Origin: a virus
Lineage: Duplodnaviria > Caudoviricetes
Virus record (IMG/VR): IMGVR_UViG_3300022666_000179
Span: 1-24,553 of that record
Length of the DNA stretch: 24,553 bases
Direction: 5' to 3' (one strand)
The notes beneath the pieces are model-generated. The model searched no databases. It worked only from the letters and a program-made list of their open reading frames with translations, and was not told where the DNA came from. A program made the position numbers and the translations under genes. Of the stretch, positions 1 to 7,711 are shown one piece after another. Positions within the stretch are counted from its first letter, which is position 1. Every line of letters begins with the position of its first letter.

Positions 1-42
1 AGGCCATCGGCGCGAGCGGCAGGCAGGCGGAGGAATAGCGGC

Positions 43-264
43 TTGGCGGACGAGATAGACCGCGCCCAGGCCAACGACGAGTTTTTCCGGGAGCTGGCGC
101 TCAAGGGCCGTCAAACGCCAGGCAGCGAGAACCGGGCAGCGAGCGGCGCGGAAGCGTGCCTCGACTGCGGCGAACCAATCCCGGAGGCGCGGCGGCGGGC
201 GGTTCCCGGCTGCGTCCGGTGTGTGGCCTGCCAGGGCGAGCAGGAAAGAGGGAGGAAACAATGA
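43..264 (+). CDS. TraR/DksA C4-type zinc finger protein
   Basis: N-terminal ADEIDRA and CLDC-GEPIPEARRRAVPGCVR-CVAC zinc finger; TTG start with GGAGGA at 29-34. Confidence 0.93.
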   Translation: MADEIDRAQANDEFFRELALKGRQTPGSENRAASGAEACLDCGEPIPEARRRAVPGCVRCVACQGEQERGRKQ

Positions 265-617
265 CACCGGATCAGATTATGGCCGTCAAGGCCACCGCCG
301 ACATACTGAAACAGCTGGGGGCGATGCCTTTGTCCGCCCTGCTCTCCCTGATGGTCTTCGCGCCGTGGGGGGTGCTGTTTCTGGTCTCGTGGAACCAGAG
401 CCGCCGCTTTGAGGCGGTGGTGAAGATGTACGAGGCCAATATCGAGCTGGTGAAGAACTACAAGGAGCTGGTGAACGGCTACCGGAGCATCGTGGACAAC
501 CAGCAGGAACTCATCATCCACGCCACCCAGACGCTGACCCAGGTGAAGGATATCACCATGAACAACCTGTTCTGCCCGCTGGTGCGCAAGGACAAGAAAG
601 TGGAGGCCCACATATGA
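261..617 (+). CDS. Small membrane protein (118 aa; one hydrophobic segment then coiled coil), possibly lysis-associated
   Basis: ATG 261 overlaps the previous stop (ATGA) with GGAGG at 251-255; hydrophobic LSALLSLMVFAPWGVLFLVSW. Start revised from 156. Function is a guess from position. Confidence 0.7.
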   Translation: MTPDQIMAVKATADILKQLGAMPLSALLSLMVFAPWGVLFLVSWNQSRRFEAVVKMYEANIELVKNYKELVNGYRSIVDNQQELIIHATQTLTQVKDITMNNLFCPLVRKDKKVEAHI

Positions 618-865
618 GCGTGATCATGCAGCTGAAAGGCGCCCTGGCGGAAAAGAAGCAGACCCGGATGGACCTGTCCGTGCGCATCGACGCCAAGGTG
701 AAGGCGGTAAAGGACCTGCTGGCGGTGTCGGCGGTGACGCCGGTGGCCGAGCTGGACCTGGCGGCGGCGGCCCTGTTTGTCTATGAGGCCCTGGAGCTGC
801 AAAAGGAGTTGAAGGGGGTTTTACTGGACATTCAACGGCTCGGCAGGGAGCTGGGCAATGGGTGA
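614..865 (+). CDS. Hypothetical helical phage protein (83 aa)
   Basis: ATGA overlap, GGAGG upstream, high-GC3 codons, overlaps the next gene start. Confidence 0.75.
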   Translation: MSVIMQLKGALAEKKQTRMDLSVRIDAKVKAVKDLLAVSAVTPVAELDLAAAALFVYEALELQKELKGVLLDIQRLGRELGNG

Positions 866-1424
866 CGGCGCTCCGGGAAAACAGCGGAACATGGTCCGGC
901 GCCACAGCCGGGTGCTGACGGATCTGCCCGGCGAGGTGCGGGCCGAGGTGGACCGGCTGCTTCTGGAGCCGGGCATCACCTATGAGGACATCCGGGAATT
1001 TCTGGCCGGCAAGGGGTTCGATATCTCCCATTCGTCCATCGGCCGCTACGGCAAGGAACACCTGCTGAGCTACCAGCGGCTGAAGATAGCCATCGACCAG
1101 GCCAAGGCGATGAAGGGCGAGGTGGGCGACGGCCTGGCCCTGGAAGAGGCGGTGGCGAACCTGGCCCTGCAACAGGTCATGGACGGCCTGGTGGCGGGCA
1201 GGATCAACGCCGCCGAAGTGCCGAAACTGCTGGGGCAGATAGGGCAGATACAGTCTTCCAGCGTGCGCCGGGAGCAGTTCAAGGCGGAAATTACGGAAGA
1301 GATCCGGCGGCAGGCCCTGGCCGAGGCGGCAAAAGCTGTTGGCGAAGAGGCAAAGCGACAAGGGGCCAGCGCTGCCACCATCGATTCTCTGCGGTTGGCG
1401 ATTATGCAAGGTTTGGCCGCGTGA
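858..1424 (+). CDS. DUF3486 / Mu gp27-like putative terminase small subunit
   Basis: RHSRVLTDLPGEVRAEVDRLL...TYEDI...L...G.DISHSSIGRYG HTH-like pattern; directly upstream of the large terminase; alternative ATG at 891. Confidence 0.85.
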   Translation: MGDGAPGKQRNMVRRHSRVLTDLPGEVRAEVDRLLLEPGITYEDIREFLAGKGFDISHSSIGRYGKEHLLSYQRLKIAIDQAKAMKGEVGDGLALEEAVANLALQQVMDGLVAGRINAAEVPKLLGQIGQIQSSSVRREQFKAEITEEIRRQALAEAAKAVGEEAKRQGASAATIDSLRLAIMQGLAA

Positions 1425-2896
1425 GCGCGATTCTGCTGCCATACCAGCAACGCTGGATTGCCGACAAGTCGCCGGTCAAGATCGTCGAAAAGAGCCGGCG
1501 CATCGGCCTATCCTACGCCGAGGCCGCCGACGCGGTTCTCCACGCGGCCGACGCAGAACGTGGCGCTAATGTCTATTACATCTCCTACGACAAGGAGATG
1601 ACCTCCGGGTTTATTCAGGATTGCGCCACATGGGCCAAGGCGTTCCACACCGCTGCCGGCGAAACAGGGGAGCAGGTTCTGACCCGCGAAGACGGTCGGG
1701 ATATCCATGTCTACGATATTCCTTTCGCCAGCGGTCACCACATCAAGACCTTCAGCTCTAACCCGCGCAATCTGCGGAGCAAGGGTCGGCCTCGCGAGCG
1801 GCTGGTTGTGGATGAAGCCGCATTTGTGGACGACCTGGCTGAGTTGCAAAAGTCCGCCCTGGCCATGACCATGTGGGGCGGCACAGTCCACTTCATCAGC
1901 ACTCACAACGGCGACGACAACCCATTCAATGGTGTTATTCAGGATGCTCGGGCGGGCCGCAACGACTATTCGATCCACCGTGTGACACTTGACGACGCTC
2001 TTGCGGACGGACTCTTCCGGCGGATCTGCGAGGTCTCCGGTCAAGGCTGGAGTTCCGCTGCGGAGGCGGAATGGCGCGCCTCGTTAATCCGGCGTTACAG
2101 GCCCAACGAAGATGAGGAGCTATTCTGCATCCCTGCCTTTGGCGGAGGCTCCTACCTTCCGCGGGAGCTGGTGGAGCCCTGTATGACTGACGGGCCGCTG
2201 CTGCGGTTTAACGGCAGCCGTTCCTTCAACCTGGCGCCCGAAGCTGTACGCCGGGTCGAGGTTGACGCCTGGATCAAGGACGTGCTCGGTCCTGAACTGG
2301 CCCGCCTTGATAAGTACCGCCGGCATGTCTTCGGGATGGACTTCGCCCGCAAAGGAGATATGACCGATATCGTGCCGCTGGAGATCGGCGAGGACCTGCG
2401 CAAACGCTGGCCCTTCCTGGTGGAACTGCACAATGTCCCCTACCGGCAACAGGCTCAGGTAATGCTTGCGGTAGGCAATGCCCTGCCGCGCTTCTCCGGA
2501 TGCGCCATTGACGCAGGCGGCAACGGCGGTTATGTAGCCGAAGAGGCGCGCGACACCTGGGGCGCGCTCATGGTGGACGAGATCCAATTTACGGAACAGT
2601 TCTACCGGGACGAGTTCCCTAAATATAAGGCGAGTTTTGAGGACCGGTTTACCACCATCATCCGCCATGACGACGTGCTGGAGGACCATCGCGCCGTCAA
2701 GCTGATTCGAGGCGTGCCACGGATACCCGAAGGGAAGACTGACAAAAAAGGAGAACGCCACGGTGACAGCGCCATAGCCGGACTGCTGGCTGATTATCGG
2801 AGCCGTGTGGCCGGTCCTGTTCCCATCGAATTCCAGACCGCCGGGCCGCTTCGCCCCGGCTACGGCGGAGCGATGAACAACTACATGAGGACGTGA
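1421..2896 (+). CDS. Terminase large subunit, Mu gp28 type
   Basis: LLPYQQRW, EKSRRIGLS (Walker A variant), VVDEAAF (Walker B), ISTHNG, GMDFAR and HGDSAIA nuclease motifs. Confidence 0.97.
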   Translation: MSAILLPYQQRWIADKSPVKIVEKSRRIGLSYAEAADAVLHAADAERGANVYYISYDKEMTSGFIQDCATWAKAFHTAAGETGEQVLTREDGRDIHVYDIPFASGHHIKTFSSNPRNLRSKGRPRERLVVDEAAFVDDLAELQKSALAMTMWGGTVHFISTHNGDDNPFNGVIQDARAGRNDYSIHRVTLDDALADGLFRRICEVSGQGWSSAAEAEWRASLIRRYRPNEDEELFCIPAFGGGSYLPRELVEPCMTDGPLLRFNGSRSFNLAPEAVRRVEVDAWIKDVLGPELARLDKYRRHVFGMDFARKGDMTDIVPLEIGEDLRKRWPFLVELHNVPYRQQAQVMLAVGNALPRFSGCAIDAGGNGGYVAEEARDTWGALMVDEIQFTEQFYRDEFPKYKASFEDRFTTIIRHDDVLEDHRAVKLIRGVPRIPEGKTDKKGERHGDSAIAGLLADYRSRVAGPVPIEFQTAGPLRPGYGGAMNNYMRT

Positions 2897-2899
2897 TTA

Positions 2900-2928
2900 G
2901 CAGGGGCGAACCTCGTGTTCGCCCCTGC
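2900..2928. repeat. Single REP-like perfect hairpin (12-bp stem) related to the GTAG doublets below
   Basis: GCAGGGGCGAAC-CTCGT-GTTCGCCCCTGC between the terminase stop and the portal ATG. Confidence 0.8.
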
Positions 2929-2940
2929 ACGGGGTACCAA

Positions 2941-4518
2941 ATGGCAACTGACAGACAAAAACCCGTAACCGGCGAGATCGCCAGCGCGGCGAGCGACTTC
3001 GACATCTTCCAGGGATTTCTGACCCACTTGGCCAACCCGGACAAGGTCCTGGCCCTGGAGTGCGGCGGCGATATCACCGTCTATGACGACATGAGCCGGG
3101 ACGACCGCATCGGCCCGTCGCTCCGGACCCGGGCGCTGGCGGTCATCGGCCGCGAGTGGGAGGTCACCCCCTGGTCGGACAAGGCCGAGGACCTGCGAAT
3201 CGCGGAGTACGTGAAGCAGGTATTTCTCGGTTTCCCCTTCGACCGCGCCCGGCGGGGGCTGCTCAGGGGCGGCACGCTGAAGGGGTTCGCCCTTTCCGAG
3301 GTGATGTGGGATTACAGCGAGGGGGACGTGTTCATCAAGGACATGCGCCACCGGAACCAGCGGCGCTTCCGCTTCGACCTGGAGGGGAACATCCTTCTTA
3401 TCAGCCGCGACAATCCCATGGGCGAAAATGTCAGTACCCGCGACGGCCTGCCGCTCCGGAAGTTCCAGCACGTCACCTTCGGCGACGAGGTGGAGACCCC
3501 CTACGGCGTGGGCCTGGGCCGGGAGCTGTACTGGCCCTGGTGGTTCAAGAAGAACGGCGTCAAGTTCTGGCTCATGTTCTGCGACAAGTTCGCCGGGCCG
3601 ACGGTCAAGGGCGAATACCCGCAGGGAGCGACCGAGGAACAGAAAAGCAGCCTCCTGTCGGCGGCGCAGGCGGTCCATTCCAATAATGCCGTGATCTTCC
3701 CACAGGGGATGAACCTTTCCCTGCTGGAGGCGGCCCGCAGCGGCTCCATCACCACCTACAAGGAACTGGTGGAGTATATGGACGCCGCCATGACCGTGGT
3801 GATCCTCGGCCAGACCGCCACCACCGAGGGGACGCCGGGGGCTTTGGGCGCCCAGGACGCCCAGGCGGACGTGCGCGGCGACCTGGTCAAGGCGGACGCG
3901 GACGCATTGAGCGAGGCCCTGAACAGCGAGAACGGCGTGGTGCGCTGGCTGGTGGACTACCAGTTCCCGGGCGCGCGAAACTATCCGCAGATATGGATCA
4001 AGACCGAGGATGAGGAAGACGAGCTGACCGTGGCCGAACGGGACGAGAAGCGGTCCAACGCCGTGGCCGCCAGCGGCGCGCGCTTGACGCCGGTGTACTT
4101 CAAGAGGCGCTACGGGCTGGAAGATGACGAGATTGAGGCGCTCCCCAATTCTCCCCGGTCCCCCTTTCTTAAAGAGGGCGGCTCCCTTGTTGACCTGACC
4201 AAAGGCGGCGTCATGCCCGCTGCCGGCGAAGCCGGGAGGATTTCCTTTGCCGAAAGCGCCCGTTTTACCCCGGAGCAGGAAGCGCTGGAGAGCCTGGCCG
4301 AGAAGGCAATCAACGCCGCGTCCCTGGCGCTGGCCGGGAATGAACGGCTGATAGCCGAGGCGGTCATGGGTTCTTCATCCTTCGAGGAAGCCATGCAGAA
4401 AGTGATGGAGCTCTACCCGGCCATGAACATGGACCGTCTGGCGTCCATCCTGGAGGCGGCCCTTGTCGGCGCGCAGGGATTCGGCAGATTCACGGCAGCG
4501 GAGGAATCCGGTGATTGA
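2941..4518 (+). CDS. Portal protein, DUF935 / Mu gp29 family (525 aa)
   Basis: PYGVGLGRELYWPWWFKK..VKFWLMFCDKFAGP..KGEY and ILGQTATT motifs. ATG 2941 preferred, because GTG 2893 would read through the hairpin. Confidence 0.95.
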   Translation: MATDRQKPVTGEIASAASDFDIFQGFLTHLANPDKVLALECGGDITVYDDMSRDDRIGPSLRTRALAVIGREWEVTPWSDKAEDLRIAEYVKQVFLGFPFDRARRGLLRGGTLKGFALSEVMWDYSEGDVFIKDMRHRNQRRFRFDLEGNILLISRDNPMGENVSTRDGLPLRKFQHVTFGDEVETPYGVGLGRELYWPWWFKKNGVKFWLMFCDKFAGPTVKGEYPQGATEEQKSSLLSAAQAVHSNNAVIFPQGMNLSLLEAARSGSITTYKELVEYMDAAMTVVILGQTATTEGTPGALGAQDAQADVRGDLVKADADALSEALNSENGVVRWLVDYQFPGARNYPQIWIKTEDEEDELTVAERDEKRSNAVAASGARLTPVYFKRRYGLEDDEIEALPNSPRSPFLKEGGSLVDLTKGGVMPAAGEAGRISFAESARFTPEQEALESLAEKAINAASLALAGNERLIAEAVMGSSSFEEAMQKVMELYPAMNMDRLASILEAALVGAQGFGRFTAAEESGD

Positions 4519-5797
4519 TTTATCCTTCGACCTCACTCCGGAGGAAGCGCTCGCCTTCTGGAAGAAGAAACTCAAGCTCTCTCCCGGAGAGTTTGACAAG
4601 CTGGAGCGGGAGGCAAAGCTCATGGCGTTCAGCGTCTCGGGCATCGCCAGGGGGGACGAGTTGAATACCGTCTATAACGCCCTTACAAAGGCGCTTAAAG
4701 ACGGCATCAGCTTCGATGATTTCAAGAAGGAATGCGCGGGGATCTTCGAACGGAGGGGATGGACGGGGAAAAGGGCCTGGAGGATCGACAACATCTTCCG
4801 CACCAACATCCAAACCGCCTACAACGTGGGCAATTATCAGCAGATGATGGCCGTCAAGGAGCGCCGCCCGTACTGGCGATACAGCGCGGTCAACGACAGC
4901 CGCACCCGTCCGGCCCACCGGGCCGTACACGGCAAGATATTCCCCTGGGATCACCCCTTCTGGGACAGATGGTTCCCTCCGAACGGGTTTCGGTGCAGAT
5001 GTTCCGTGAACAGCGTATCGGACGCCGACCTGGAGTCGAACGGCTGGAATGTCGAGAAAGAGGACCCTACCGGCGGGCTGTACGAACCTACCGACCCGAG
5101 AACGGGCGTCAGGCTCCCCGGCCGCCTTCTCATGCCCGATCCGGGGTGGGATTTTCATGTGGGAAAGAACGTCAAGGGAGGATACGGAATTGATGGTCCG
5201 CAAGGCGTGTTCAAGGATATGGACAACCTGAAGACCGCCGCGGACTACGGGAGAAGGTCACTCTCGAACATCCGCCCCGCGGATATCCCGAAGATGAAGG
5301 CCTCGCCTCTTCCCGCGAAAATGGGCGACGAATTTTACAAGAAAGAGTTTGAAAAGCTCTACGGCGAGACCACCATGGTGACCGACCCGATAAATGACCC
5401 GGTCATGATATCGCGCCGCTCGTTCCAGGTTTTCAAGGAAGCGGGCCAGCCCGAGGTGTGGAAGTTCGAAAAGCTGGGCCACGGCGAAAGCATCCCGCTT
5501 TTGAAAGAGATGATACTGGAGCCGTTCGAGATCTGGCTTACCCCCCAGGTCAACGAAGCGGGGCGGGTACGCCTGGCGAAAAGATATGTCGCTCTCTGGA
5601 AGGATGAGGAGAAAAACAGGATCGGCGGTCTTGCCGTGTTCGAAGTGGAGGGCGGAGTGTTGCGGGGTGTGACTTCGTTCCTGCCGGGAAAAGGCGGGGA
5701 ATCGGACATCGCGTATGTGAACAAACAGAGAAAGGGTGTTCTGCTCTATAAACGGGGACAAGGCCGGAACGACCCACGGACCGGCGCGGCCGGATAG
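4511..5797 (+). CDS. MuF / gp30 minor head protein with C-terminal PBECR2-like nuclease domain (428 aa)
   Basis: IFRTNIQTAYNVG, YSAVNDSRTRPAH, PPNGFRCRCSV, PDPGWDFHVG (Phage_Mu_F); extension with EPFEIW..KRYV..GVTSF..YVNKQRKGVLLYKR; GTG 4511 after GAGGA. Confidence 0.9.
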   Translation: MIDLSFDLTPEEALAFWKKKLKLSPGEFDKLEREAKLMAFSVSGIARGDELNTVYNALTKALKDGISFDDFKKECAGIFERRGWTGKRAWRIDNIFRTNIQTAYNVGNYQQMMAVKERRPYWRYSAVNDSRTRPAHRAVHGKIFPWDHPFWDRWFPPNGFRCRCSVNSVSDADLESNGWNVEKEDPTGGLYEPTDPRTGVRLPGRLLMPDPGWDFHVGKNVKGGYGIDGPQGVFKDMDNLKTAADYGRRSLSNIRPADIPKMKASPLPAKMGDEFYKKEFEKLYGETTMVTDPINDPVMISRRSFQVFKEAGQPEVWKFEKLGHGESIPLLKEMILEPFEIWLTPQVNEAGRVRLAKRYVALWKDEEKNRIGGLAVFEVEGGVLRGVTSFLPGKGGESDIAYVNKQRKGVLLYKRGQGRNDPRTGAAG

Positions 5798-5841
5798 TTA
5801 GGCGGAGTGGGTCTCCCCTTTTCCGGACGCTCCCGCAATCA
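5753..5841 (-). ncRNA. Candidate structured small RNA antisense to the 3' end of muF-PBECR2
   Basis: Nested stems 5764-69/5821-26 (CCGGAA/TTCCGG), 5771-77/5807-13 (GACCCAC/GTGGGTC), 5781-85/5789-93 and an imperfect outer stem 5753-58/5831-35, just downstream of a minus-strand promoter. Confidence 0.5.
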
Positions 5842-5847
5842 GAGCAC

Positions 5848-5875
5848 ACTATACCATAAACGTGAGGAAACGCAA
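5848..5875 (-). promoter_or_regulatory. Putative sigma70 promoter on the minus strand with extended -10
   Basis: Minus strand reads TTGCGT-16 nt-TATAGT with TGn just before the -10 (ttgcgtttcctcacgtttaTGgTATAGT). Confidence 0.6.
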
Positions 5876-6370
5876 ATGGCGGATACAGTAACCATCACCG
5901 TTGATCATCAGGCGGTCAAGGAGCGTCTCGAACGCCTCCTGTCCAAGGCGAGGGACATGACTCCGGTCATGGCGGAAATAGGAGAGATTGTCAAGCTCTC
6001 GGTCAAGCGCAATTTCGAGGAACAGGGCAGGCCCTCAAAATGGAAGCCGTCCAGGCGTGTTCTCCTTGGAGGCGGACAGACCCTGTCTGACACCGGGCAC
6101 TTGAGAAATTCTTTCACTGCCAGTCCCGAGCGGAGCCGGGTCACCGTCGGAACGAATGTCAAGTATGCGAGGATACTCCACCTGGGCGGCAAGACGCCGC
6201 CTCACGATATCGTCCCGAAAAAGGCAAAGGCGCTTTCAATCCCCGGCATCGGCTTCCGCAAGCGGGTGCGGCATCCGGGGAGCCTTGTCCCGGCGAGGCC
6301 GTTTCTCATGGTTCAGGATGCGGACATAAAGTCGATTGTCAGAACCTTGGAAGACCATCTTGCCGGGTAA
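5876..6370 (+). CDS. Phage virion morphogenesis protein (Mu gpG/gp31 family, 164 aa)
   Basis: RNFEEQGRP..WKPS, LSDTGHLRNS, VGTNVKYARILHLGG, PARPFL; ATG 5876 with GAGG upstream. Confidence 0.93.
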   Translation: MADTVTITVDHQAVKERLERLLSKARDMTPVMAEIGEIVKLSVKRNFEEQGRPSKWKPSRRVLLGGGQTLSDTGHLRNSFTASPERSRVTVGTNVKYARILHLGGKTPPHDIVPKKAKALSIPGIGFRKRVRHPGSLVPARPFLMVQDADIKSIVRTLEDHLAG

Positions 6371-6624
6371 AAACCCCGAAACGCCAGATTCGCCTTCTGA
6401 GCCGCTTTGATTTCCGGGGACGGGCAAAGGTAGCCCCCGGAGATTCAAAGCCAGCACAGGCAAATTTAAATGATGTTTAAATGGGGTTCCGGGTGAGACC
6501 GCGGCCGCCATCCGCGCCCGTTGCCCGCAAGGCGGTTTTGCCGGGCGCGGACAACGGATTTTTATAACACCCTTTACTATCACTTCCCCGCGCCGGCGGG
6601 TAAGGTGCGAAAACAGGAGGCCGC
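6371..6624 (+). promoter_or_regulatory. Structured intergenic region; probable late-promoter region upstream of protease I
   Basis: Longest intergenic gap; hairpins 6404-6451 and 6511-6551, TTTAAAT twice 11 nt apart (6465, 6476), -10-like TACTAT 6575-6580; same position as Mu late promoter PI. Confidence 0.5.
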
Positions 6625-7638
6625 ATGAAGAAGAGAATCAAGATGCTCAAGCCCGGCAGGTTCACGGCCATGAACGGCAAGGTGGTGAATTTCACCGAGG
6701 CGATGCTTCAGGCCACGGCCGCGGCGTACAACCCGGACACCTATGCGGCCCCGTTCGTTATCGGGCATCCGAAACACGACGACCCGGCCTACGGCAGGAT
6801 CGGAACCGCCGAGTTCGCCGAAGGGTTCCTGATGGGCAAGCCGGACCAGGTGGACCCGGCATTCGCCGAGGCGGTCAATTCGGGCAAGTTCAACCGGGTG
6901 TCTCTCTCCCTCTACGAGCCGGACAGCCCGAACAACCCGGTGCCCGGCGTCTACTACCCCCGGCACCTGGGTTTTCTCGGGGCCATGCCGCCGGCGGTCA
7001 AGGGGCTCGGGACCGTCTCGTTCGCGGAAGGGGAAACCGGGATTATCGAGCTGGGGGACGGGAACGACCGGACCATCGCCCGCCTGCTGAGAAGCCTGAA
7101 GAACAAGCTCATCGAAAAATTCGGGACTGAAGACGCCGAAGCGGCGCTGCCCGAATGGGACATTGAATCGGTCCGGGAAGAGGCCTTGCGGCCTGACATA
7201 AAAACCGAAGCGGCGCCGGAGGCGGCGTTCGCGGAAACGAACAAGGAGGTGGACGCCATGGTAATGACGGCCGAGCAGTTGACGGCGAAAGAGACGGAGC
7301 TGAAGCAGAGGGAAGACGCGCTGAAGGCAACGGTGAACGCCGGTATCCACGAAGGCAACGTGGCCTTCGCGGAAGGACTGGTCAAGGGGGGGAAGCTCCT
7401 CCCGGTCAACAAGGCGGCCGCTGTGGCGGCATTGGACTTCGCCAGCGGCATCACCGCGGGAGACACCCTTGAATTCGGCGAAGGGGACGCGAAACAGACC
7501 AAGGCCCCGGCGGACATCCTCCGTGACCTGTTCAACGCCATGCCCAAGGTCATCGAGTTCGGCGAGCTGGGCAAGGGACATTTCGACCCGTCCTCACAGC
7601 AGGGCGCAATACCGGCGGACCTGGCGAAACATGTCTGA
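6625..7638 (+). CDS. Prohead protease I-like protein (Mu gp32 position)
   Basis: APFVIGHPK.DDPAYG, FNRVSLSLY, YYPRHLGFLGAMPPAVKGL motifs; AGGAGG RBS. Confidence 0.92.
   Translation: MKKRIKMLKPGRFTAMNGKVVNFTEAMLQATAAAYNPDTYAAPFVIGHPKHDDPAYGRIGTAEFAEGFLMGKPDQVDPAFAEAVNSGKFNRVSLSLYEPDSPNNPVPGVYYPRHLGFLGAMPPAVKGLGTVSFAEGETGIIELGDGNDRTIARLLRSLKNKLIEKFGTEDAEAALPEWDIESVREEALRPDIKTEAAPEAAFAETNKEVDAMVMTAEQLTAKETELKQREDALKATVNAGIHEGNVAFAEGLVKGGKLLPVNKAAAVAALDFASGITAGDTLEFGEGDAKQTKAPADILRDLFNAMPKVIEFGELGKGHFDPSSQQGAIPADLAKHV
7258..7638 (+). CDS. Nested in-frame scaffolding protein (Mu gpZ-like, 126 aa)
   Basis: Internal AAGGAGGT (7243-7250) 7 nt before in-frame ATG 7258, followed by coiled-coil sequence; the Mu I/Z nesting is established. 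Confidence 0.7.
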   Translation: MVMTAEQLTAKETELKQREDALKATVNAGIHEGNVAFAEGLVKGGKLLPVNKAAAVAALDFASGITAGDTLEFGEGDAKQTKAPADILRDLFNAMPKVIEFGELGKGHFDPSSQQGAIPADLAKHV

Positions 7639-7641
7639 ATC

Positions 7642-7698
7642 GTAGGGGCGATCCTTGTGATCGCCCGAAATCGGGGCGGATACGAGATCCGCCCCTAC
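7642..7698. repeat. 57-nt GTAG-type REP doublet (REPIN-like), copy 1
   Basis: GTAGGGGCGATCCTTGTGATCGCCC-spacer-GGGCGGATACGAGATCCGCCCCTAC. Confidence 0.88.
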
Positions 7699-7711
7699 AG
7701 GAGACCAACCC

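Noticed and set aside
1-38. End of an upstream ORF (TAG at 36-38)
   Set aside because: Too little sequence to assign a product.
5753-5841. Structured region as a tRNA gene or intrinsic terminator
   Set aside because: No T-loop GTTCRA, D-loop or cloverleaf spacing. The structure is nested and multi-stem without a U-tract after the outer stem on the + strand.
5807-5875. Upstream GTG extension of gpG, or a tiny immunity ORF
   Set aside because: ATG 5876 has the RBS and typical N-terminus; the extension crosses the hairpin and reverse promoter and is not protein-like.
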